64,000 bases of DNA, taken from positions 62,434,001-62,498,000 of the forward strand of contig NC_091997.1 in the NCBI RefSeq assembly GCF_044704955.1, in the 5' to 3' direction. Position numbers and translations under genes: made by a program. Under the pieces are notes generated by a model that saw only the letters and a program-made list of their open reading frames with translations, was not told the origin of the DNA and did not search any database. Of the stretch, positions 36,795 to 49,040 are shown piece after piece (within the stretch, counting starts at the first letter, position 1; each line of letters starts with the position of its first letter). Source of the DNA: Pristiophorus japonicus. Lineage: Eukaryota.

Positions 36795-39700
36795 CATAGA
36801 AAATAGGAGCAGTAGTAGGCCCTTCGAGCCTGCACCGCCATTCAATATGATCATGGCTGATCATAAGAACATAAGAATTAGGAACAGGAGTAGGCCATCT
36901 AGCCCCTCGAGCCTGCTCCGCCATTCAATAAGATCATGGATGATCTGGCCGTGGACTCAGCTCCACTTACCCGCCCGCTCCCCATAACCCTTAATTCCCT
37001 TATTGGTTAAAAATCTATCTATCTGTGACTTGAATACATTCAATGAGCTAGCCTCAACTGCTTCCTTGGGCAGAGAATTCCACAGATTCACAACCCTTTG
37101 GGAGAAGAAATTCCTTCTCAACTGGGTTTTAAATTGGCTCCCCCGTATTTTGAGGCTGTGTCCCCTAGTTCTAGTCTCCCCGACCAGTGGAAACAACCTT
37201 TCCGCCTCTATCTTGTCTATCCCTTTCATTATTTTAAATGTTTCTATAAGATCACCCCTCATCCTTCTGAACTCCAACGAGTAAAGACCCAGTCTACTTA
37301 ATCTATCATCATAAGGTAACCCCCTCATCTCCGGAATCAGCCTAGTGAATCGTCTCTGTACCCGCTCCAAAGGCAGTATATCCTTCCTTAAGTAAGGTGA
37401 CCAAAACTGCACGCAGTACTCCAGGTGCGGCCTTACCAATACCCTATACAGTTGCAGCAGGACCTCCCTGCTTTTGTACTCCATCCCTCTCGCAATGAAG
37501 GCCAACATTCCATTCGCCTTCCTGATTACCTGCTGCACTTGCAAACTAATTTTTTGGGATTCATGCACAAGGACCCCCAGGTCCCTCTGCATCTCAGCAT
37601 GTTGTAATTTCTCCCCATTCAAATAATATTCCCTTTACTGTTTTTTTTCCCAAGGTGGATGACCTCACACTTTCCGACATTGTATTCCATCTGCCAAACC
37701 TTAGCCCACTCGCTTAATCTATCTAAATCTCTTTGTAGCCTCTCTCTGTCCTCTACACAACCTGCTTTCCCACTAATCTTTGTGTCATCTGCAAATTTTG
37801 TTACACTACACTCTGTCCCCTCTTCCAGGTCATCTATGTATATTGTAAACAGTTGTGGTCCCAGCACCGATCCCTGTGGCACACCACTAACCACCGATTT
37901 TAAACCCGAAAAGGACCCATTTATCCCGACTCTCTGCTTTCTGTTCGCCAGCCAATTCTCGATCCATGCTAATACATTTCCTCTGACTCCGCGTACCTTT
38001 ATCTTCTGCAGTAACCTTTTGTGTGGCACCTTATCGAATGCCTTTTGGAAAAACTAAATACACCACATCCATCGGTACACCTCTATCCACCATGCTCGTT
38101 ATATCCTCAAAGAATTCCAGTAAATTAGTTAAACATGATTTCCCCTTCATGAATCCATGTTGCGTCTGCTTGATTGCACTATTCCTATCTGGATGTCCCG
38201 CTATTTCTTCCTTAATGATAGCTTCAAGCATTTTCCCCACTACAGATGTTAAACTAACCGGCCTATAGTTACCTGCCTTTTGTCTGCCCCCTTTTTTAAA
38301 CAGAGGCATTACATTAGCTGCTTTCCAATCCGCTGGTACCTCCCCAGAGTCCAGAGAATTTTGGTAGATTATAACGAATGCATCTGCTATAACTTCCGCC
38401 ATCTCTTTTAATACCCTGGGATGCATTTCATCAGGACCAGGGGACTTGTCTACCTTGAGTCTCATTAACCTGTCCAGCACTACCCCCCCCTAGTGATAGT
38501 GATTGTCCCAAGGTCCTCCCTTCCCACATTCCTGTGACCAGCAATTTTTGGCATGGCTTTTGTGTCTTCCACTGTGAAGACCGAAGCAAAATAATTGTTT
38601 AAAGTCTCAGCAATTTCCACATTTCCCATTATTAAATCCCCCTTCTCATCTTCTAAGGGACCAACATTTACTTTAGTCACTCTTTTCCGTTTTATATATG
38701 TGTAAAAGCTTTTACTATCCGTTTTTATGTTTTGCGCAAGTTTACCTTCGTAATCTATCTTTCCTTTCTTTATTGCTTTTTTTAGTCATTCTTTGCTGTT
38801 GTTTAAAATTTTCCCAATCTTCTAGTTTCCCACTAACCTTGGCCACCTTATACGCATTGGTTTTTAATTTGATACTCTCCTTTATTTCCTTGGTTATCCA
38901 CGGCTGGTTATCCCTTCTCTTACCACCCTTTTTCACTGGAATATATTTTTGTTGCGCACTATGAAAGAGCTCCTTAAAAGTCCTCCACTGTTCCTCAATT
39001 GTGCCACCGTTTAGTCTGTTTCCAGTCTACTTTAGCCAACTCTGCTCTCATCCCACTGTAGTCCCCTTTGTTTAAGCATAGTACGCTCGTTTCTGACACT
39101 ACTTCCTCACCCTCAATCTGTATTACAAATTCAACCACACTGTGATCACTCATTCCGAGAGGATCTTTTACTAGGAGATCGTTTATTTTTCCTTTCTCAT
39201 TACACAGGACCGGATCTAAGATAGCTTGCTCCCTTGTAGGTTCTGTACATACTGTTCTAAGAAACAATCCTGTATGCGCATTCTATGAATTCCTCCTCCA
39301 GGCTACCCCGTGCGATTTGAGTTGACCAATCAATATGTAGGTTAAAATCCCCCATGACTACTGCCGTTCCTTTTTCACATGCCTCCATTATTCCCTTGAT
39401 AATTGCCCGCCCCACCGTGAAGTTATTATTTGGGGGCCTATAAACTACGCCCACCACTGACTTTTTCCCCTTACTATCTCTAATCTCCACCCACAATGAT
39501 TCAACATTTTGTTCATTAGAGCCAATATCATCTCTCACAACTGCCCTGATAGCATCCTTTATTAACAGAGCGACCCCACCTCCTTTCCCTTCTTGTCTAT
39601 CTTTCCGAATTGTCAGATACCCCTGTATGTTTAATTCCCAGTCTTGGCCACCCTGTAACCATGTTCCTGTAATGGCCATCAAATCATACCCATTTGTAAT

Positions 39701-40895
39701 GATTTGTGCCGTCAACTCATTTACTTTATTTCGAATGCTGCGTGCGTTTAGGTAGAGTGTTTTAATCCTAGTTTTTAAACCATGATTTTTAGTTTTGACC
39801 CCTCCTGCAGCCCCTTTATATTCAGTGGCCCTTTTTCTTTTTTGCCTTGGGTTTCTCTGCCCTCATCTCCTTTCTGTCTTTTGCTTTTGTCTCCTTTTTG
39901 TTTCCCTCTGTCTCCCTGCATTGGTTCCCATCCCCCTGCCATATTAGTTTAACTCCTCCCCAACAGCACTAGCAAACACTCTCCCTAGGAAATTGGTTCC
40001 GGTCCTGTCCAGGTGCAGATCGTCCGGTTTGTACTGGTCCCACCTCCCCCAGAACCTGTTCCAATTTAGCTCCTAGCTCCTTAAATTCGTCTCGTAGGAC
40101 CTTATCCCTTTTTCTAACCTATGTCGTTGGTACCAATGCGCACCACGACAACTGGCTGTTCTCCCTCCCTTTTTAGAATGTCCTGCACCCGTTCCGAGAC
40201 ATCCTTGACCCTTGCACCAGGGAGGCAACATACCATCCTGGAGTCTCGGTTGCGGCCGCAGAAACGCCTATCTATTCCCCTTACAATCGAATCCCCGATC
40301 ACTATTGCTCTCCCACTCTTTTTCCTGCCCTCCTGTGCAGCAGATCCTCTATCTCAACACCATATTCCTACTTTCTCCCCAGACCCCTTGATGCCTTTTG
40401 TGTCTAGAAATCTATCTATCTCCCTCTTAAATATATTCAGTGACTTGGCCTCCACAGCCTTCTGTGGTAGAGAATTCTACAGGTTCACCACCCTCTGAGT
40501 GAAAGAATTTCTCCTCATCTCGATCCTAAATTTCCTACCCTGTATCCTGAGACTGTGACCCCTTGTTCTAGACTTCCCAGCCCCGGGGAAACATCCTCCC
40601 CGCATCCAGTCTATCCAACCCAGTCAGAATTTTATACGTTTCAATGAGATCCCCTCTCATTCTTCTAAACTCTAATGAATACAGGCCCAGTCGACCCTCA
40701 TACGACAGTCCTGCCATCCCAGGAATCAGTCTGGTGAACCTTCGCTGCACTCCCTCTATGGCAAGTATATCCTTTCTTAGGTAAGGAGACCGAAACTGCA
40801 CACAATACTCCAGGTGCGGTCTCACCAAGGCCCTGTATAACTGTAGTAAGTCATCCTTGCTCCTGTACTTAAATCCTCTTGCAATGAAGACCAAG
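36795..40895 (-). mobile_element. Nested CR1 LINEs: a 3.5-kb CR1 (36862-40345; SGNH-esterase ORF1 part, APE, RT) inserted into an older CR1 3' fragment (36795-36861 plus 40346-40895)
   Basis: IGDSIVRG...CCLPGARV esterase, VMGDFN endonuclease and KFADDTK RT motifs; the host tail ATCATGGCTGAT|CCTCTATCTC is split by the insertion. Confidence 0.93.
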
Positions 40896-41048
40896 TGAGA
40901 CCGAGATTGGGCCCCTCACCCTGTGAGGCCAACACCAGGCACCAAACTGTTTGTCCTCAGCTGGCAGTGGGCCAAGGTGAGAGGGAAATGCTTAAACTTT
41001 CCTGTTGATCAGGGATGAGTTTGTAACGATAGTTGTTTCTTTTGCCAG

Positions 41049-41156
41049 CCTGTGCCTGAAGTGAAGGTGGTCTCCAACCTGCCGTCCATCAGTATGGAGG
41101 AGGTGGCACCAGTGAATGTCAGTGATGCCACTCTACTGGCACCAGAAGAAGTCAAG
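41049..41156 (+). CDS. MPHOSPH10: MPHOSPH10 exon 9
   Basis: [36 protein letters not shown]; GTAAGT donor. Confidence 0.96.
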
Positions 41157-41421
41157 GTAAGTGACTAAAGAGAAAGGTAACATTAAGCCAAACAGCTAAT
41201 CAGCCCCGGCCCCCGAAGCTGCACCGTAGTGCCTTGGGATGTTTCACTATGTTAAAGGCGCTATATAAATAGAATTGTACTGGGGGAGGGCGCGATGGTA
41301 GACAGCTAAAGAGGCTGGATTGTATGAACGCTGCTTTGTTATTGCATCGGGTGACTTTATAGATGAGGTGCGAGACCTGCGGTTGGTGTTTGAGCTGTGC
41401 TGACTGGCCTGGTAATTACAG

Positions 41422-41652
41422 GAGAAGGGCCGAGCTGGGGACCTCCAGGGAGACACGGAAAAGACAGAAACAGACAAGAAGCGGGAGAGAAGGCAGAAGA
41501 AGAAACTGAAACGTCTGCGACTGAGGGAGAAGGAGGTGCGTCGGAAAGGGTTGGAGAAGCTGAATGTGAAACTCAGCAATAAACGAGAGAAGGAAACGAA
41601 TGCTGAGAAAGTGAAGAAACTGACGCAGGAAGGCAAGGCGACACTGCTGAAG
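41422..41652 (+). CDS. MPHOSPH10: MPHOSPH10 exon 10
   Basis: EKGRAGDLQGDTEKTETDKKRERRQKKK...GKATLLK; in phase. Confidence 0.94.
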
Positions 41653-42474
41653 GTGAGTGCTGACATACGGTATTAACAGTAGGGAGAGGGCCGGCAGTGT
41701 AATGAAACTGTATAATATGCCTCGCGTTGACTGGGAGAAGGAGAAATGAAATTAATTTTACAATGTCTTATTTCCTTTGAATAATTTCTGTCCTATGGCA
41801 GTAAATCACCCTGTGAGTCCCATTGTTCCTGTCTCGAGCAATGTGTGACTGAATCAATTCCCAGCAAATGTTTCCGTTGCCTAATATTCAGTCCATTTAA
41901 CTCCCTGTACTGAATTGCAATTTCAAACAGACCTCCCCATCAGCGGCATTTATCTCTTGCATTCACTCCTCATCAAAATCTGTGTAGCTTCAGAAATATA
42001 CTGCGCTCAACAGGAAATACCCAGCAGGTCTGTCAGCATCCAAGAGAGAAAAGATAGGTTAATGTTGTGGTGGGGTCCTTGTATATAGAGTATATCTGAA
42101 ATGTTAACCTTTCCTTTCTGACCTGTGTATTTTCAGCGTTCACTGTTTTATCTCTAATCGTTGGATCAGTTCACTTTCCCAAGTTGCATTGTACCTCTGC
42201 ATTACCTGCTCGTACTTGCATACAATCTCTCTCTTAACCATCATTTACTCTGCACTCACTCCTGTATATACTGCCTGAGGCATCAGTACCCTGATTAGGA
42301 ATCTCCTGTTTAATGTCGCAGACCCTAGCACTGTCCAGCATTAGTGGAACAATCTGTATTCTCCACTCCTTTGTTTTCCCAATGTCATTCCACCATATTG
42401 TGGGGAGGAAAAAGCAAGATTTTCTATTTTAAAAATGTAACTTCGAACTGGATTTTGTTTTTAACTATTAAAAG

Positions 42475-42624
42475 GATGAAGGGAAAGATAAACCTCTGCG
42501 CTCGTCAAAGGCCTTCTTCTCCCAGTTACAAGATCAAGTGAAAGCCGAGCTGAAAGGAGCCAAGATCGGAGCCAAGAAGCAGAACAAACACAGAGAGCTT
42601 TCAGCAAGCAAACTGAAACTTTAA
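42475..42624 (+). CDS. MPHOSPH10: MPHOSPH10 exon 11 (terminal, TAA)
   Basis: DEGKDKPLRSSKAFFSQLQDQVK...ASKLKL*; total spliced CDS 1980 bp = 659 aa. Confidence 0.95.
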   Translation, partial: DEGKDKPLRSSKAFFSQLQDQVKAELKGAKIGAKKQNKHRELSASKLKL

Positions 42625-42717
42625 GCCAGACCTCTTCACTTCCTCTACAGATTGAGCCATCTGATATATAGCAGATCATTCCAAAAACCATTCTTATTTT
42701 AAACATGGTTGTTTTCT

Positions 42718-42723
42718 AATAAA
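42718..42723 (+). terminator. MPHOSPH10 polyadenylation signal
   Basis: AATAAA about 95 bp after the stop, followed by T/GT-rich sequence. Confidence 0.7.
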
Positions 42724-43024
42724 ATATTGATTTTCTCTATTTTGTACAGTGTTACTTTGTCAGACTCCCAGCTCCTGCGATAGAACTATATCCGGCATAA
42801 ACTCAGTCATACAGACCAGTGTGACAAAAAGCATTGTTTTCTAGGTTGGATTGTAACTTATTCGTTACAACATACACAACTGGTAACGGCAAGCAATTTC
42901 TGCAGAGTATACACATCTTAGACTGATTGATGCACATAACTTGATTGGATGGAAACCTGTCTGACAGATCAGTCTGGAGCAGGCCAACTATTCAATTCAA
43001 ATACAAACATCCATTGGGCTGTTT

Positions 43025-43310
43025 ACATAGAAACATAGAAAATAGGTGCAGGAGTAGGCCATTCGGCCCTTCTAGCCTGCACCGCCATTCAATGAGTTCA
43101 TGGCTGAACATTCAACTTCAGTACCCCATTCCTGCTTTCTTGCCATACCCCTTGATCCCCCGAGTAGTAAGGACTTCATCTAACTCCTTTTTGAATCTAT
43201 TTAGTGAATTGGCCTCAACTACTTCCTGTGGTAGAGAATTCCACAGGTTCACCACTCTCTGGGTGAAGAAGTTCCTCCGCATCTCGGTCCTAAATGGCTT
43301 ACCCCTTACG
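43025..43310 (-). mobile_element. CR1 LINE 3' fragment
   Basis: (CATAGAAA)2 AATAGGTGCAGGAGTAGGCC tail as at 29247. Confidence 0.85.
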
Positions 43311-43644
43311 GTACCTTTTTTTTGGCAGCTCGATCAGTTTGGGCAAATGCCGTTAGGAATCCTGGAAATTAATGTTTTTAATGTCTGCTTGTTCAGGAAT
43401 GTCTTCAAGAAGATTTGGAGTTATATCTTGGATGGTATTGGCTGGAGCCAGCAGCGGTGAGCCTGCAGGATACCGCCAGAAGACCCATTGGGTGGGCAGT
43501 GGGGAATCTAGTGTCTATACTGCGTCAACTAACACAATAATTACAGTCAGTCCTGTTGTGTGTTGAGGTGAGATGGGGCTCGGGCTGTGACTGCCCGCGC
43601 CGGCCTGAGGAGACTCAGGATAAACAGCAAGTCTGGGGAAAGGG

Positions 43645-44455
43645 TTGTGATTGGCGGGTCGGTGGAAGGGACGGGCTGTGATTGGCGGGTCGGTGGAAGG
43701 GACGGGCTGTGATTGGCGGGCCGGTGGAATGCGCGGGTTATGATTGGCGGGGCGGTGGAAGGCGCGGCTATGATTGGCGGGGCGGTGGAGGGGCGGGCCG
43801 GTGCAAGGCGCGGGCTATGATTGGCGGGCCGGTGGAAGGCGCGGCTGTGAGTGGAGGGGCGGGCTGTGATTGGCGGGCCGGTGCAAGGCGCGGGCTATGA
43901 TTGGCGGGGCGGTGGAAGGCGCGGCTATGATTGGCGGGGCGGTGGAAGGCGCGGCTGTGATTGGAGGGGCGGGCTGTGATTGGCGGGCCGGTGGAATGCG
44001 CGGGCTATGATTGGCGGGGCGGTGGAAGGCGCGGCTATGATTGGCGGGGCTGTGGAAGGCGCGGCTGTGATTGGAGGGGCGGGCTGTGATTGGCGGGCCG
44101 GTGCAAGGCGCGGGCTATGATTGGCGGGGCGGGCCGGTGCAAGGCGCGGGCTATGATTGGCGGGCCGGTGGAGGGGCGGGCTGGTGCAAGGCGCGGGCTA
44201 TGATTGGCGGGGCGGTGGAGGGGCGGGCCGGTGCAAGGCGCGGGCTATGATTGGCGGGCCGGTGGAAGGCGCGGCTGTGAGTGGAGGGGCGGGCTGTGAT
44301 TGGCGGGCCGGTGCAAGGCGCGGGCTATGATTGGCGGGGCGGGCCGGTGCAAGGCGCGGGCTATGATTGGCGGGCCGGTGCAAGGCGCGGGCTATGATTG
44401 GCGGGGCGGGCCGGTGCAAGGCGCGGGCTATGATTGGCGGGCCGGTGGAAGGCGC
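43645..44455 (+). promoter_or_regulatory. FAN1 promoter minisatellite: about 24 inverted CCAAT boxes interleaved with GC boxes
   Basis: ~30-bp units GATTGGCGGG(G/C)CGGTG(G/C)AAGGCGCGGGCTAT ending 15 bp before the FAN1 ATG. Confidence 0.8.
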
Positions 44456-44469
44456 CGGCTCTCCGCTCG

Positions 44470-45025
44470 ATGACTTCCCCGGACAGAAAGCGGCCGCGGG
44501 GCCGCCTCTCTCTCCGAGCCCGAAGGCGGGAATCTTCCGCCGGCCGTGGTTTCGGGGCCACAGCACCGCCCCCACGAAACTGCGGGTCCGGGGCGGCGGG
44601 TGAGCGGGGCGGCAGCTGCGGGCCCGCGGGCCGCCCGCTCTCCAAACTCTCCCGGCGGCTCTGGAGAGCGAGAGGCTGCGGGCCCGGAGCGGCCCCCGGG
44701 GACGGCCCGGAGCCCGACCCCAGCCCAGGCCCGGAGGCCGGAGAGAGGGTGAGGGATCCGGGGCCCGACCCCAGTCCAGGCCCGGAGGCCGGAGAGAGGG
44801 TGAGGGATCCAGGCCCGGAGCCCGACCCCAGTCCAGGCCCGGAAGCGGGGGATCCAGGCCCGGAGGCCGGAGAGGCGCTGGGGGCCGCGGGCCGGGACAC
44901 GGACCCAGCGCCCTATTACCTCGCGAACTTTGTGACGGTGCTGGCCGCCGTGCTCGGGAGCGAAGATAAAGAACTTTTCGATGAAGAAGACCGGGGCTGG
45001 ATTGGAACATTCCAGCAACTATCAG
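44470..45025 (+). CDS. FAN1: FAN1 (Fanconi-associated nuclease 1) coding exon 1; short N-terminus without a recognisable UBZ4
   Basis: MTSPDRKRPRGRLSL resembles the recalled human PPDKKRPRRSLS; PYYLANFVTVLAAVL...LFDEEDRGWIGTFQQLS resembles PYYLRSFLVVLKTVL...FYQLS; donor G|GTATCC, phase 1. Confidence 0.85.
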
Positions 45026-45149
45026 GTATCCCCGCTGGGAAATGGCGGCAGGCTTTGGGTCCAGAGGAACCTCTCCCCAGGCCGGAGCCCCCCCCGAGCA
45101 CCGGGGAAGCTGGTTGTTGGAGGCCCCGGGCCATGTCCTCAGGGCTGTG

Positions 45150-48100
45150 CCACCTCCAGCTGCTTCAATGACCTTCCCTCCACCATAATGTCAGAAGTGG
45201 GGATGTTTGCTGATGACTGCAGTGTTCAGTGCCATTCACAACTCCTCCGATAACGGAGCAGTCCGTGCCCGCCTGCAGCAAGACCTGAACAACATTCAGG
45301 CTTGGGCTGCTAAGTGGCAAGTAACATTCATGCCACACAAGTGCCAGGCAATGACCATCTCCAACAAGCGAGAGTCTAACCACCTCCCCTTGACATTCAG
45401 TGACATTACCATCGCCGAATCCCCCGCCATCAGCATCCTGCGGGGGGATCACCATTGACCAGAAACTTAACTGGACCAGCCACATAAATACCGTGGCAAC
45501 AAGAGCAGGTCAGAGGCTGGGTATTCTGCGGACTCCCCAAAGCCTTTCCACCATCGACAAGGCACAAGTCAGGAGTGTGATGGAATACTCTCCACTTACC
45601 TGGATGAGTGCAGCTCCAACAACACCCAAGAAACTCGACACCATCCAGGACAAAACAGCCGCTTATAAGAACATAAGAATTAGGAACAGGAGTAGGCCAT
45701 CTAGCCCCTCGAGCCTGCTCCGCCATTCAACAGCTGATCTGGCCGTGGACTCAGCTCCACTTACCCGCCCGCTCCCCATAACCCTTAATTCCCTTATTGG
45801 TTAAAAATCTATCTATCTGTGATTTAAATATATTCAATGAGCTAGCCTCAACTGCTTCCTTGGGCAGAGAATTCCACAGATTCACAACCCTCTGGGAGAA
45901 GAAATTCCTTCTCAGCTCTGTTTTAAATTGGCTCCCCCGTATTTTGAGGCTGTGCCCCCTAGTTCTAGTCTCCCCGACCAGTGGAAACAACCTCTCTGCC
46001 TCTATCTTGTCTATTCCTTTCATTATTTTAAATGTTTCTATAAGATCACCCCTCATCCTTCTGAATTCCAACGAGTAAAGACCCAGTCTACTCAATCTAT
46101 CATCATAAGGTAACTCCCTCATCTCCAGAATCAGCCTAGTGAATCGTCTCTGTACCCTCTCCAAAGCTAGTATATTCTTCCTTAAGTAAGGTGATTAAAA
46201 CTGCACGCAGTACTCCAGGTGCGGCCTCACCAATACCCTGTACAGTTGCAGCAGGACCTCCCTGCTTTTGTACTCCATCCCTCTCGCAATGAAGGCCAAC
46301 ATTCCATTCGCCTTCCTGATTATCTGCTGCACCTGCAAACTAACTTTTTGGGAATCACGCACAAGGACCCCCAGGTCCCTCTGCACCGCAGCATGTTGTA
46401 ATTTCTCCACATTCAAATAATATTCCCTTTTACTGTTTTTTTTTTTCCCCCAAGGTGGATGACCTCACACTTTCCGACATTGTATTTCATCTGCCATCCT
46501 TAGACCATTCGCTTAACCTATCTAAATCTCTCTGCAGCCTCTCTGTGTCCTCTACACAACCCGCTTTCCCACTAATCTTTGTGTCATCTGCAAATTTTGT
46601 TACACTACACTCTGTCCCCTCTTCCAGGTCATCTATGTATATTGTAAACAGTTGTGGTCCCAGCACCGATCCCTGTGGCACACCACTAACCACCAATTTC
46701 CAACCCGAAAAGGACCCATTTATTCCGACTCTCTGCTTTCTGTTAGCCAGCCAATTCTCGATCCATGCTAATACATTTCCTCTGACTCCGCGTACCTTTA
46801 TCTTCTGCAGTAACCTTTTGTGTGGCACCTTATCGAATGCCTTCTGAAAATCTAAATACACCACATCCATCGGTACACCTCTATCCACCATGCTCGTTAT
46901 AGCTTCAAAGAATTCCATTAAATTAGTTAAACATGATTTCCCCTTCATGAATCCATGCTGAGTCTCCTTGATTGCACTATTCCTATCTAGATGTCCTGCT
47001 ATTTCTTCCTTAATGATAGTTTCAAGCATTTTCCCCACTACAGATGTTAAACTAACCAGCCTATAGTTAGTTACCTGCCTTTTGTCTGCCCCCTTTTTTA
47101 CAAAGCGGCGTTACATTAGCTGCTTTCCAATCTGCTGGTACCTCCCCAGAGTCCAGAGAATTTTGGTAGATTATAACGAATGCATCTGCTATAACTTCCG
47201 CCATCTCTTTTAATACCCTGGGACTTGTCTACCTTGAGTCCCGTTAGCCTGTCCAGCACTACCCCCCTAGTGATAGTGATTGTCTCAAGGTCCTCCCTTC
47301 CCACATTCCTGTGACCAGCAATTTCTGGCATGGTTTCTGTGTCTTCCACTGTGAAGACCGAAGCAAAATAATTGTTTAAGGTCTCAGCCATTTCCCATTA
47401 TTAAATCCCCCTTCTCATCTAAGGGACCAACATTTACTTTAGTCACTCTTTTCCGTTTTATATATCTGTAAAAGCTTTTACTATCCGTTTTTATGTTTTG
47501 CGCAAGTTTACCTTTGTAATCTATCTTTCCTTTCTTTATTGCTTTCTTAGTCATTCTTTGCTGTCGTTTAAAATTTTCCCAATCTTCTAGTTTCCCACTA
47601 ACCGTGGCCACCTTATACGCATTGGTTTTTAATTTGATCCTCTCCTTTATTTACTTGGTTATCCACGGCTGGTCATCCCTTCTCTTACCGCCCTTTTTCA
47701 CTGGAATATATTTTTGTTGAGCACTATGAAAGAGCTCCTTAAAAGTCCTCCACTGTTCCTCAATTGTGCCACCGTTTAGTCTGTGTTCCCAGTCTACTTT
47801 AGCCAACTCTGCCCTCATCCCACTGTAGTCCCCTTTGTTTAAGCATAGTACGCTCGTTTGAGACACTACTTCCTCACCCTCAATCTGTATTACAAATTCT
47901 ACCATACTGTGATCACTCATTCCAAGAGGATCTTTTACTAGGAGATCGTTTATTATTCCTGTCTCATTACACAGGACCAGATCTAAGATAGCTTGCTCCC
48001 TTGTAGGTTCTGTAACATACTGCTCTAAGAAACAATCCCATATGCATTCTATGAATTCCTCCTCCAGGCTACCCCGTGCGATTTGATTTGACCAATCGAT

Positions 48101-49040
48101 ATGTAGGTTAAAATCCCCCATGATTACTGCCGTTCCTTTTTCACATGCCTCCATTATGCCCCACCGTGAAGTTATTATTTGGGGGCCGATAAACTTTGCC
48201 CAACAGTGACTTTTTCCCCTTACTATCTCTAATCTCCACCCACAATGATTCAACATTTTGTTCATTAGAGCCAATATCGTCTCTCACAACTGCCCTGATA
48301 TCATCCTTTATTAACAGAGCTACCCCACCTCCTTTCCCTTCTTGTCTATCTTTCCGAATCGTCAGATACCCCTGTATGTTTAATTCCCAGTCTTGGCCAC
48401 CCTGCAACCACGTTTCTGTAATGACCACCAAATCATACCCATTTGTAATGATTTGTGCCATCAACTCATTTACTTTATTTCGAATGCTGCGTGCATTTAG
48501 GTAGAGTGTTTTAATACTAGTTTTTAAACCATGATTTTTAGTTTTGACCCCTCCTGCAGCCCCTTTATATTCAGTGGCCCTTTTTGTTTTTTGCCTTGGG
48601 TTTCTCTGCCCTCCACTTTTACTCATCATCTTTCTGTCTTTTTGGCACCCCATCCGTTTGATTGGCACCCCATCCCCCACCTTAAACATTCACTCCCTCC
48701 ACCACCAGCACACCATGGCTGCAGTATATGCTATTCACAAGATGCACTGCAGCATCTCCCAAACCCGCAACCTCTACCACCTAGAAGGACAAGGGCAGCA
48801 GGCGCATGGGAACACCACCACCTGCAAATGCCCCTCCAAGTCACACACCATTCTGACTTGGAAATATATCGCTGTTACTTCATCGTCGCTGGGTCAAACT
48901 CCTGGAACTCCCTAACAGCACTGTGGGAGCACCTTGGCTACACGGAGGGTCACCACCACCTTCCCGAGGGCAATTGGAGAAGGACAATAAATGCTAGCCT
49001 TGTTGGTGACGCTCACGTCCCATGAACAAAAGAAACAAAA
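45150..49040. mobile_element. Nested LINEs in FAN1 intron 1: plus-strand LINE 3' part (45150-45664 plus ~48641-49040) interrupted by a minus-strand CR1 (45665-48640; APE plus RT)
   Basis: Host sequence GCCGCTT|GATTGGCACCCC is split; CR1 peptides LYLNARSIRNK, ITETWL and [13 protein letters not shown]. Confidence 0.93.

Noticed and set aside
36957-40302. RT, endonuclease and esterase ORFs as a novel RT-based system or host gene
   Set aside because: Ordinary frameshifted CR1 retrotransposon domains present in several copies in the window
44198-45018. Long minus-strand ORFs over FAN1 exon 1
   Set aside because: Stop-poor GC-rich antisense frames of the CpG island and repeats
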